Below are positions 38,678 to 46,623 of a stretch of DNA of 64,000 nt, piece after piece. The translations under genes were made by a program, and so were the position numbers. The stretch is from Halorarum halobium (GTDB lineage: Archaea; Halobacteriota; Halobacteria; Halobacteriales; Haloferacaceae): the NCBI RefSeq assembly GCF_032116555.1, contig NZ_CP134949.1, positions 806,001-870,000 of the forward strand, written 5' to 3'. Numbering within the stretch: the stretch's first letter is position 1; each line of letters starts with the position of its first letter. The notes under the pieces were generated by a model, which was not told the origin of the DNA, made no database searches, and worked only from the letters and a program-made list of their open reading frames with translations.

Positions 38678-39427
38678 ATGACCGACGAGGACGCCGCGGG
38701 CGGACGGGCCGACGACGCCGACCGAGAACCCGGCGGGGACGACCCCATCGGTGACGACCCGGAGGACGGCGACGCCGTGCTGATTCCGGGCGGGCGCGAC
38801 GTGCGGGCGACGATCGACGTCGCCGGTGCCTGGGACGGGGCCGAGCCCCGCGACGACGACTGGTCACGGGCCGGCGACGGGGAGCGTGGCGACGACGCCC
38901 GATCCTGCGTCGTCGCGTGCCCGCCCCACCCCCAGCACCGCGGTCATCGCGGCGACGGACGGCTCGTGGCGGCCAGCGACGCGCTGACCGAGCGCGGCGT
39001 GGACTGTCTCCGGTTCGACTACGGCGACTGGGACGGGGGCCGGGGCGAACTCGCGGACGCGCGTAACGCGGTCGAGTGGGCGCACGAGCGCTACGACCGG
39101 GTCGGCCTGTTCGGCTTCAGTTTCGGCGGCTGCATCGCGCTGAACGCCGCGGCGAACGGGGACGCCGACGTGACCGCGGTCAGCGTGCTCTCGCCCGCGC
39201 GCCGACTCGCCGAGGGGATCGACTCGCTCGACGCGCTCGACCGGATCTCGTGTCCGGTGCAGGTGGTGTACGGCACCCGGGACGACACGGTGGACTGGGA
39301 GCCGACGGTCGAGCGCGCCCGCGAACTGGACCACGAGGTCGTCGAGTTCGCGGCCGACCACTTCTACGTCGGGCAGACCGGGAAGGTTGGCGAGGCGGTC
39401 GGCGCGTGGCTGGCCGAGCGGGTCTGA
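38678..39427 (+). CDS. Alpha/beta hydrolase
   Basis: PPHP, LRFDY, GFSFG, GTRDD, DHF. Confidence 0.85.
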   Translation: MTDEDAAGGRADDADREPGGDDPIGDDPEDGDAVLIPGGRDVRATIDVAGAWDGAEPRDDDWSRAGDGERGDDARSCVVACPPHPQHRGHRGDGRLVAASDALTERGVDCLRFDYGDWDGGRGELADARNAVEWAHERYDRVGLFGFSFGGCIALNAAANGDADVTAVSVLSPARRLAEGIDSLDALDRISCPVQVVYGTRDDTVDWEPTVERARELDHEVVEFAADHFYVGQTGKVGEAVGAWLAERV

Positions 39428-39444
39428 GTCGACCGGGTGCTCCC

Positions 39445-39855
39445 TCAGCCGAGCGGTTCGGCGTCGCCGGCGTCGCGGTACCCCACTGCCAGCCAGACGA
39501 CCAGCGAGACCACGGCGGCGGCGACGACGAACGCCCAGAAGGCGGTCCACGCCGCCGCGCCGAGCGAGTTCGTCGCGACGAGCACCGTCGCGGCCGAGCC
39601 TGCGGCGACGACGAACGGCACGAGGAACGGGGCGTCGCTCCACGCCCCGCCCGCGTTGCGGTACTCGACGGCGTACGCCCAGACGTTGCCGACGGTGAAC
39701 TGGAAGACGACGAGCGCGAGCAGACCGTAGAGAACGGCGGTGACTCCGGACCCGTACGTGAGGACGCCTTCCCGCGCGAGGAAGCCGCCTGCGGCGACGA
39801 GGAAGACGGCGAACATCAGCCCGTGCCACGGTCGGACTCGATCCTGGAGGGACAT
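39445..39855 (-). CDS. Hypothetical membrane protein
   Basis: 136 aa, about 4 TM segments. Confidence 0.7.
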   Translation of the reverse strand: MSLQDRVRPWHGLMFAVFLVAAGGFLAREGVLTYGSGVTAVLYGLLALVVFQFTVGNVWAYAVEYRNAGGAWSDAPFLVPFVVAAGSAATVLVATNSLGAAAWTAFWAFVVAAAVVSLVVWLAVGYRDAGDAEPLG

Positions 39856-39949
39856 GGCGGGGCCAACTCGGGGCTGGTGTAAAGTCGTGTCGTCGTGGGA
39901 GTTCGGTTCATCGTGGTCACGAACTGCGACGTCGAGGTGTGGGAGCGGT

Positions 39950-40666
39950 TCAGACCGAGACGTTCTGTGTGAACCACGCCAGGATGTACAGTATCGTTAG
40001 CACGCCGGCCACGGCCTCGATGTACTGGACGTATTTTCTGCGAACCTCCCAGGTGGCCTGCCGTGATTGGGAATCCCCGGCCGGCGTCTCCGAGGGGGGT
40101 TGCTCGGCCACCTCGGTTCGGTTCCGGGTTCCCCGTGGTTCGGTGCGTTCGGTCCCCGTTCGCGGCCGGGGGTGCTGGAGGAAGATCGACTTCACGGTCG
40201 AAACGGCGGCGAGAAGGGCCTTCTTGTGGGACTGGACTGCGAGCCGGACCCCCGACCGCGGGAGCGATTTCAGGTGCATGAGGACCACCGTCGGATCCTC
40301 GGAGACGGTATCGATCCCCTCCCCGAGGGGGACGTGCCAGTCCTTGTGAAAGAACTCGGGGAGAAACAGGAGTAGCGCGACGGCAACGGAGGGGGCGAAC
40401 GTCGGGGCGAACAGGAGCACTGACAGGGTCACCCCCGAGACGACGAGGATCAGGTACAGGATCTCGTGGCCGTACATCCCGGGAACGGAAAACAGGACGA
40501 ACTCGAGGAGCAGCGGGAACGGGAGGAGCACGATGAACGAGTGGGGAGTCAGGAGGCTCGCCGCCCCTGCGACGAACACCGACACGGTCACCCTCACCGC
40601 GAGTTCGACGAGGTGTGTCGAGATGGGCGCCTCCGAGTCCCAGCTCGGACCGACATCGGATGTCAC
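39950..40666 (-). CDS. Hypothetical membrane protein (start uncertain)
   Basis: Hydrophobic N-terminal half and a C-terminal TM segment; no recognisable motif. Confidence 0.5.
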   Translation of the reverse strand: MTSDVGPSWDSEAPISTHLVELAVRVTVSVFVAGAASLLTPHSFIVLLPFPLLLEFVLFSVPGMYGHEILYLILVVSGVTLSVLLFAPTFAPSVAVALLLFLPEFFHKDWHVPLGEGIDTVSEDPTVVLMHLKSLPRSGVRLAVQSHKKALLAAVSTVKSIFLQHPRPRTGTERTEPRGTRNRTEVAEQPPSETPAGDSQSRQATWEVRRKYVQYIEAVAGVLTILYILAWFTQNVSV

Positions 40667-40860
40667 GATAGTACGAACGTGTAGTGTACACTAACACATC
40701 AAAGAGGTATCGCTTACACGGGTTCTCGCGTGATGAAGGAACGGTCGCCGGAGCCTCCGCGAACCCGCACACTTCGGAGTTGCACATGAAAGGTCGCAGC
40801 CGCAGGGTGCTGGTCGGCCCGGGCGGCCGATGGATCGAGCCGCGATCAGCGAGACCGCCG

Positions 40861-40902
40861 TCAGTTGTACTCGCGCCACCGATAGCCGCACTCCTTACAT
40901 TT
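40861..40902 (-). pseudogene. Displaced original 3' end of tfs (left att junction)
   Basis: Minus strand AAA TGT AAG GAG TGC GGC TAT CGG TGG CGC GAG TAC AAC TGA = KCKECGYRWREYN*. Confidence 0.9.
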
Positions 40903-41150
40903 GCAAGAGTGTGGCTCAGCGGGGTTCACTTATAAAGGTTGCCCAAGCCTTTAGTAGTGGATGCTTTTCGAGCCTTACCTCATGTAATCTATCCCGACGC
41001 CATCTTGCGGTTTCGGTATCGCAGAGGGTAGGCAACTACACTCTTAGCAGAGCCTTGGTATTTCTTGCACCATTGGTGCAAGGAGAACTAAGTCAATCTG
41101 CGAGAAATGTAGATACAGAGCCTAAGACGCGGATACGAGGGTTCCGACCC

Positions 41151-42329
41151 ATGAGTAAGGCAAACGATACATCGGACAGTAGTGGCAACGCTGACTTAAA
41201 AGAGAATCAGGCGCAACAGGACTTGTGCGATTTCCTGTCTGAGCGAAGCGAGCTTGTCGTCTCCTACGAGGAGCCAGACGACGGGCGGGACCGTCGCCAC
41301 GACTGCCTACCTGTCGCCCGAACGACGGACGGAGACAAGGCAGACGTGAGCGATTTCCCCAGTGGCAAGAACGACGGTCGGGGCAACTTCAGTAAGTCCA
41401 CCTACACCCGATACCGGGATACGATGAACGACTTCATCCAAACGCAAGACGTGAGCGACTTGATGGACGTGACGCCCCGAGAGATTAACCGCTACAATCA
41501 GGTGACGCAACGCCGGGACTATGCCCGGACCACTCGTGACGGATTGCTCGAAACTCTCGAAGTGTTCTTCAAGTGGGCAGAAACGGAGTGGCGTGCGCCA
41601 CGAGGGGACGATAAGCTCAGTGAGACAATCGCCCGAAAGCGTGAGGATTTGGACGTAGGTGGCGACGAGAAATCACGGGCAGGCGACGACAATCACCGTA
41701 TCTCGACTGAGCGAGCAGAGGAGATAGTCGGACACTTGGCGAAACACCAGTACGCCTCTCGCCAGATGATTGAGTTTCTGCTAATCTATCACGTCGGTAT
41801 GCGGAAATCCGCGCTACTGTCTATCAATTGCGACGACGTGATGCCACGGAAGGGAATCATCCAGATTCGCAATCGCCCGGAGCAGACAGGGGTTCGACTC
41901 AAGCGAGGGAACAAGGGTGAGCGAGACGTGAATATCGCCAGTGGCGTCATGGGTGTCGTCACTGACTACATAGACGAGAATCGGACAGAACCGCAAGACA
42001 GCAGTGACGCGCTACTCACGTCATGGGCGGGACGGATAGACGACTCCACTCTATACCGGGACATTACGGGATTGACGAAGTGCGGAGAGTGTACCGACGA
42101 CGACGGCGAGCCTCTCGTCAACCAGAATGCCTCAGACTGTCCCGAGTCTATCGGTTGCCACGACTTGCGACGAGTGGCAATCACCCGAATGCGGGACGAA
42201 GGAGTGTCGTGGGATACGATTAGTGGACGAGTGAATGCGACTGTCCAAATGCTCAAGGACCACTACGATTCCCCGACTCACTCACAGGCGGCAGAACGCC
42301 GGAAGGAGGAGATATTGAACGCACTGTAG
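41151..42329 (+). CDS. Tyrosine recombinase/integrase (haloarchaeal type)
   Basis: Catalytic R (GMRKSAL), K (RLKRG), HxxR (HDLRR) and Y (KDHY); Cys-rich insert before HxxR; SAM-like N-terminal region. Confidence 0.92.
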   Translation: MSKANDTSDSSGNADLKENQAQQDLCDFLSERSELVVSYEEPDDGRDRRHDCLPVARTTDGDKADVSDFPSGKNDGRGNFSKSTYTRYRDTMNDFIQTQDVSDLMDVTPREINRYNQVTQRRDYARTTRDGLLETLEVFFKWAETEWRAPRGDDKLSETIARKREDLDVGGDEKSRAGDDNHRISTERAEEIVGHLAKHQYASRQMIEFLLIYHVGMRKSALLSINCDDVMPRKGIIQIRNRPEQTGVRLKRGNKGERDVNIASGVMGVVTDYIDENRTEPQDSSDALLTSWAGRIDDSTLYRDITGLTKCGECTDDDGEPLVNQNASDCPESIGCHDLRRVAITRMRDEGVSWDTISGRVNATVQMLKDHYDSPTHSQAAERRKEEILNAL

Positions 42330-42501
42330 CCTTTCTCTCGCCCGACACTCGAACCGCCTCACAAGCCTCATACGTCGTCTCACAGCATTCGTAGCAGGGG
42401 ACCGAGGGTTCCTTGCGTCCCGCAGGTTCCCCTCCTCGTGACTGCGGTTGCGGTGTGCTATCCGTATAGTTTTATGATGGTCCGACGATGTGTGTCAAAT
42501 A

Positions 42502-42798
42502 ATGGCAGTGCCCGAGTTTACGGTTCGAGGAAATAAAGTGCGAATAGAAGGAAATACGAACGAAAAAACCAATTGTGGTAAGATAGAAGTTTACAAAGAC
42601 CGGATGAAGATACAGCAAAAAGGGACAGTAATGTGTAAAGGCTGGATAACTGTCCAATTCGACAATATCGTTGACGTTCAAGTATCCTCATTAGGGAAAA
42701 TGCGATTCCAGACACGCCGTCAAGACGTTTCCGTCACTGGGCTTGGTGGACCGCCCGGTACGAAATTACTTGAACATATCCGCGACTATCTGCAATAA
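42502..42798 (+). CDS. Small basic protein, possibly PH-like fold
   Basis: 98 aa; beta-strand pattern (KIEVYKDRMKI...VQFDNIVDVQV) ending in a helix; not acidic. Confidence 0.55.
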   Translation: MAVPEFTVRGNKVRIEGNTNEKTNCGKIEVYKDRMKIQQKGTVMCKGWITVQFDNIVDVQVSSLGKMRFQTRRQDVSVTGLGGPPGTKLLEHIRDYLQ

Positions 42799-42809
42799 TA
42801 GAGACTGGG

Positions 42810-43064
42810 TTACTTGCCGTTACCGTGCATCCATTCCCGAATCTCGTCTTGAGCTTCGGAAACTTCTTTCTCTTTCTCTACCGAATTGTTTTCCGATAGG
42901 CTGGAAGATTGTTCGTTTTGCAAATATTCTCTTGCCAATGCCGCAATAACCGAATCAATATCGTTATGGTCCGAATTTCGCTTGATTTTATTAAGGAGAC
43001 TCTTGGTGCTTTCGGACAATTGTTCACTATTCCGTGGAGAAAGGGCGAAATCTTCACTCATCAA
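42810..43064 (-). CDS. Small protein, possible ribbon-helix-helix regulator
   Basis: QLSESTKSLLNKIK...DIDSVIAALAREYL pattern; start overlaps the upstream ORF stop. Confidence 0.5.
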   Translation of the reverse strand: MMSEDFALSPRNSEQLSESTKSLLNKIKRNSDHNDIDSVIAALAREYLQNEQSSSLSENNSVEKEKEVSEAQDEIREWMHGNGK

Positions 43065-43572
43065 CTACCGCCTCACAGAATACTTTGAGCATATGCCGAA
43101 CCTGTTGGGCAAGCTTGCCATTCCGGCGATAGGCATTCCGGGGACCTGTCGTCTCAATCCCGTGGTTGTCCATGAGTGCCATTTCTCGCGGAGTGACGGC
43201 AATCTCAAGCGGCAGATAGACCGACTCGGATACGTCCGTAGGCTCGGAGGCAGATACGTCGTATGGGGTTACGTCGCCCCGAATGACGGCACGACACCAA
43301 TCACCGAATGCCGAATTGTGGTGAAGGGTAGAAGCACTATCAGGCTCCGGTTCTCCCATGCTGGCGTAAGCTTCTCGAAGAATCTGTACCTCTCTATCGG
43401 GAATCTTACACGTAGTGGTCCGTGAATCCGACTCTCGCGGATTCGGGAAGGTCGCGCTACTCATGTCCCTCAAGGTAGTCTTCCGCAAGCAGTCGTACCA
43501 TGACACCGCGAGGAACCTGTCGGTTCTCTCCAAAGCGTACCTCTGTCGCTTCGGCAAGGGTGTCAAGCTCAT
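43054..43572 (-). CDS. Hypothetical protein of the element
   Basis: 172-aa ORF; TTTAAA about 40 nt upstream on the minus strand; true start could be a downstream Met. Confidence 0.55.
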   Translation of the reverse strand: MSLTPLPKRQRYALERTDRFLAVSWYDCLRKTTLRDMSSATFPNPRESDSRTTTCKIPDREVQILREAYASMGEPEPDSASTLHHNSAFGDWCRAVIRGDVTPYDVSASEPTDVSESVYLPLEIAVTPREMALMDNHGIETTGPRNAYRRNGKLAQQVRHMLKVFCEAVVDE

Positions 43573-43599
43573 CCTCAGTCAATCGTAGCATTGTGTGAT

Positions 43600-44249
43600 T
43601 CGCAGTCATAGATTTAAACAAGTGTCTTAAGAGTCAACTTGTGAGACTCGAAAAAGCAAGTTTGGACGGTGGCACTTACTTAAGCCACAGGTATCCACCA
43701 TGAGCATAGTGAAACCGAAAGCAGAAGCCCAGTACGTTGAACAGTACGGGAACTACCACTACAGTGGGCGAAAGGGCAGAAACCTTTCTACCCATTAGCA
43801 CATACGTACTCCACGTACTTAAATCTTTCGGTTTTTTGATATATCATTTGCTATCAATCGCATATTGCCTGATGAGATTTGCCTATATTTTTGCGATTCG
43901 GCAGGCGAAGGCCCGAGACTGATAACATATAAACTATATAAAAAAACTGACCTATCAAATTATCAAACTCATATATTCAAACCGACATATTGGGGAAGAT
44001 TTCTATTCAATCAGACATATTAAAGAGATTGAAGTTTCGAAAGATTTAAGTGTCCAGAGCACGTACATATTATCAGGCAGTTTAGATATAACGACTGATA
44101 CATCTACGCGGAATTAGAGTAAGTAGAGCAGAGGGGAAAGCGGCACAAACCCCAACTACCCAAAGACATATATTAGTTGGGTCTACAGGCACTTAAAGCT
44201 TTCGGCTACTTCCCCTCTGCTTGCATCCGTTTTCTGCCTATGATTCAGT
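43600..44249. promoter_or_regulatory. AT-rich control region / candidate replication origin of the element
   Basis: 18-bp direct repeat at 43974 and 44004; nested inverted repeats at 44127-44221; lies between divergent gene blocks. Confidence 0.5.
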
Positions 44250-44372
44250 ATGCAAGCAAACGAAACAAACCAAACTAACAGCAACGCGACAGAAACATCT
44301 CTCGAAGTATCGGGGACCGTGGTTTTCCAAGTCCTTTGGTTCACTCTCGTAGTGGCGGTGATTCTCCTATGA
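44250..44372 (+). CDS. 40-aa membrane microprotein (not in the ORF track)
   Basis: MQANETNQTNSNATETSLEVSGTVVFQVLWFTLVVAVILL*; its stop overlaps the rep ATG (ATGA). Confidence 0.55.
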   Translation: MQANETNQTNSNATETSLEVSGTVVFQVLWFTLVVAVILL

Positions 44373-45400
44373 GTGCGACAGAGTGCCTTCGAGGGATGGC
44401 AGAGATACTTGATGAGACGGACGTGACGATAGAATGGCCTGTCACTGAATTACCCAATGCTAACTCCACACGCATTGATACATTCTTGACATGGCTTGAG
44501 GAACGTAGGGACAAGGCTCACCCGTATCCCCTTCAACACACATGGTCCCACCGAAACGCCCGCAAGCGATTTGCTCGCTCGAAGGATGTGGACCGCTACT
44601 ATTGGGACACCTACGACAAGTTCACGACAGTATTGCTCACTCGTACTGCCGACGAGAGTACCGCCGGACTGATTGAGCAATCGGAGTCATTCAACCCACG
44701 GGCATACAAGGCGAAACGTCGCAGAATGCTCAAGAGCCTGTCTGACGACTATGCAGGAGTCTCGTGCATCGCTCCAAAGTACAACCTACCCATGGCTAAC
44801 TCCACAGTCTTGAGCCATGTGCATGAAGCCTACTGGGTCCCCGGACACTACTCGGCAGAGGATTTTGAACCCCTCTTAGACAAGCACCGTGAGACGGTCC
44901 CCGGAGCGACGACGGCACACGTCTCAGTGCAACGGCACTCTGCCGACAGCTACCCATGCCTAACTCCACAGAGTGAGACGGACGCAATCCGTGGGGCGAC
45001 GACGGCACTCCCGTATGAGCTTGCGGAGAACCTACCACTGATGAACGTAGCGACGGACGCAAGCGACTTGCACGATAGTCGTGCGCTCGAATGGTGCGCC
45101 CGCCTCTCGGCAGGCTCAGACGGGGACCACTCCACCAAGGGTGTACGTCGATGGCAACCGTTCGGGCAATTCCGTGAGTGCGCGGATACGGTGAAGGATG
45201 GCCTACGCTACAAGGTGGAGAGAGACTATAGGAGAACCGTCAGAGACGAGAAACTGAATAACCCATGGCTAAGTCCACAGCCATTGGATGAATCGAAGGC
45301 TTCCCCTCGTACAATCTCGCAACCCGCCAGAGACGCACTGATTCAAGCGGTGGCTCAGTATGCCCGAATGCCCTCTCCCGACCCCATGGAGGTATTCTGA
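44369..45400 (+). CDS. HUH-superfamily rolling-circle Rep-like protein
   Basis: Motif I-like TTVLLTRTA; motif II HVHEAYWV; DFEPLLDKH...AH segment resembling haloarchaeal plasmid/pleolipovirus Reps; atypical motif III (PYELAENL). Confidence 0.68.
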   Translation: MSATECLRGMAEILDETDVTIEWPVTELPNANSTRIDTFLTWLEERRDKAHPYPLQHTWSHRNARKRFARSKDVDRYYWDTYDKFTTVLLTRTADESTAGLIEQSESFNPRAYKAKRRRMLKSLSDDYAGVSCIAPKYNLPMANSTVLSHVHEAYWVPGHYSAEDFEPLLDKHRETVPGATTAHVSVQRHSADSYPCLTPQSETDAIRGATTALPYELAENLPLMNVATDASDLHDSRALEWCARLSAGSDGDHSTKGVRRWQPFGQFRECADTVKDGLRYKVERDYRRTVRDEKLNNPWLSPQPLDESKASPRTISQPARDALIQAVAQYARMPSPDPMEVF

Positions 45401-45475
45401 AACCCTCGTAATCAGGGGTTTGAGTGCGCTCCATAGACAGTCTCAACATTCACAATATTTCAGAAAATTTTAACA

Positions 45476-45805
45476 ATGAACTCGGAAATCGACCTAACAA
45501 TTCCAGAAACTCACGACAGAATCGTAGAAATCGTAACCGCCTCTCTCGAATCCGAGGGAATCGACTATGAAACCGAACGGTGGCTTGACGACAAGTCACG
45601 GGTTGATGTATTCTACGATGAGATAGTTCTTGAAATCAAGTCATCGGTAGGAGTAGTGAATCACGACAAGCTTGCCCGATACGAGGCACACCCGGAAGTG
45701 GCGGAAGTGGTGTTAGTCATGCCCGAACCCCATGCTTCGAGGGTCGAGACAGGGGACTATCGGACCCTCACGATTCCGCGAGAGAAATTCACCGTGACAT
45801 TCTGA
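45476..45805 (+). CDS. Minimal PD-(D/E)XK nuclease-fold protein
   Basis: YETE...RVDV...VLEIKS...KLARY...VVLV. Confidence 0.65.
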   Translation: MNSEIDLTIPETHDRIVEIVTASLESEGIDYETERWLDDKSRVDVFYDEIVLEIKSSVGVVNHDKLARYEAHPEVAEVVLVMPEPHASRVETGDYRTLTIPREKFTVTF

Positions 45806-45864
45806 AGGTGTTGTGGCTCTGTATGTGCAACAAATTTATTAGTTGATACATACAAATAGTATGT

Positions 45865-46080
45865 ATGTCCAGTCCTCTCAAATACATCGCGGCGGCATGT
45901 GGGGTCATCGCAGTACTACTGGCTTACTCGTCTGCCATGACCATCATGCAAGGTAATCTTGAGCAGGGTTTGACTCCGTGGTGGATTGACTTCGCCACCG
46001 CCAACCCGATGCTTTTCGCCCTCGTTCTGGTTGGCGGCACTGCCCTGATTGGTGCCCCGTTCAGAGCAATATTCGGATAG
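45865..46080 (+). CDS. 71-aa two-TM membrane protein
   Basis: Two hydrophobic helices; TTTATT about 29 nt upstream of the ATG. Confidence 0.65.
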   Translation: MSSPLKYIAAACGVIAVLLAYSSAMTIMQGNLEQGLTPWWIDFATANPMLFALVLVGGTALIGAPFRAIFG

Positions 46081-46268
46081 CAGATATTCTCGGTATCGTG
46101 GAAGTAGCGGCAATATTCTCTCCTACTATCGCAGATTAGGTAGTTTGAAGTGCCCGGCGACCGTGGTTTCATCTGGACGGATTACGATGCAATCGTTGCA
46201 AGGATTAAGGCTCACGCGAAAAACCTATTCTGCCACTAACGGCAGTTTTGGGCCTTCTATCGCTGGAT

Positions 46269-46592
46269 TTAGTTATACTCTCTCCAGCGGTTATGACAAT
46301 CTTTGCACTTGAAAAAGCGCGTCGGCGGTTCGTCCGCGGCGCCGGTCTGCTTGATGGTGTACCACGCGACGCCGTGCCCGCAGTCGTCGCAGGTCACGTC
46401 GTCGGAGGTTGGCTTCCCCTCGAAGTTCGCGCCCTCCTCCGTCTCGATGACGTCGTCGTCGCTCTGTTCCTCGGTGGAGACGAACCGGGCGGCGCGCTCC
46501 TCGTCGCGCGCCTCGCTGTGGCCACATGAGGTACAGACCATCCGGCCGTCCTCGCTCACCATCATCGAGCCGCACTCCTCGCAGAACTGCAT
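46269..46592 (-). CDS. tfs: Transcription factor S (TFS / RpoM-like), with element-derived 3' end
   Basis: FCEECGSMM..CTSC and CDDC..QTGAADEPPTRFFKCKDC zinc ribbons; acidic DE hairpin. Confidence 0.93.
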   Translation of the reverse strand: MQFCEECGSMMVSEDGRMVCTSCGHSEARDEERAARFVSTEEQSDDDVIETEEGANFEGKPTSDDVTCDDCGHGVAWYTIKQTGAADEPPTRFFKCKDCHNRWREYN

Positions 46593-46623
46593 TACGCGAT
46601 AGTAGCCGCCCCGGTCGGATAAA

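Larger units (their letters stand above)
40900..46307. mobile_element. Integrated plasmid/virus-like element, 5,408 bp, inserted in tfs (ends accurate to a few nt)
   Basis: Abrupt drop in GC; integrase at the left end; Rep-like gene; duplicated tfs tail in register at offset 5408 (stops at 40861 and 46269). Confidence 0.88.

Noticed and set aside
40830..41150. ATG at 40830 as the integrase start
   Set aside because: It lies in host DNA outside the att site; ATG 41151 gives a typical acidic integrase. The open frame is discussed as a finding.
43700..43922. Short ORFs 43700-43798 (32 aa) and 43737-43922 (61 aa) in the element
   Set aside because: No motif, coupling or composition support; cannot be distinguished from chance in AT-rich DNA.
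40900..46307. Complete pleolipovirus provirus
   Set aside because: No large spike protein or conserved NTPase gene cluster visible; too small.
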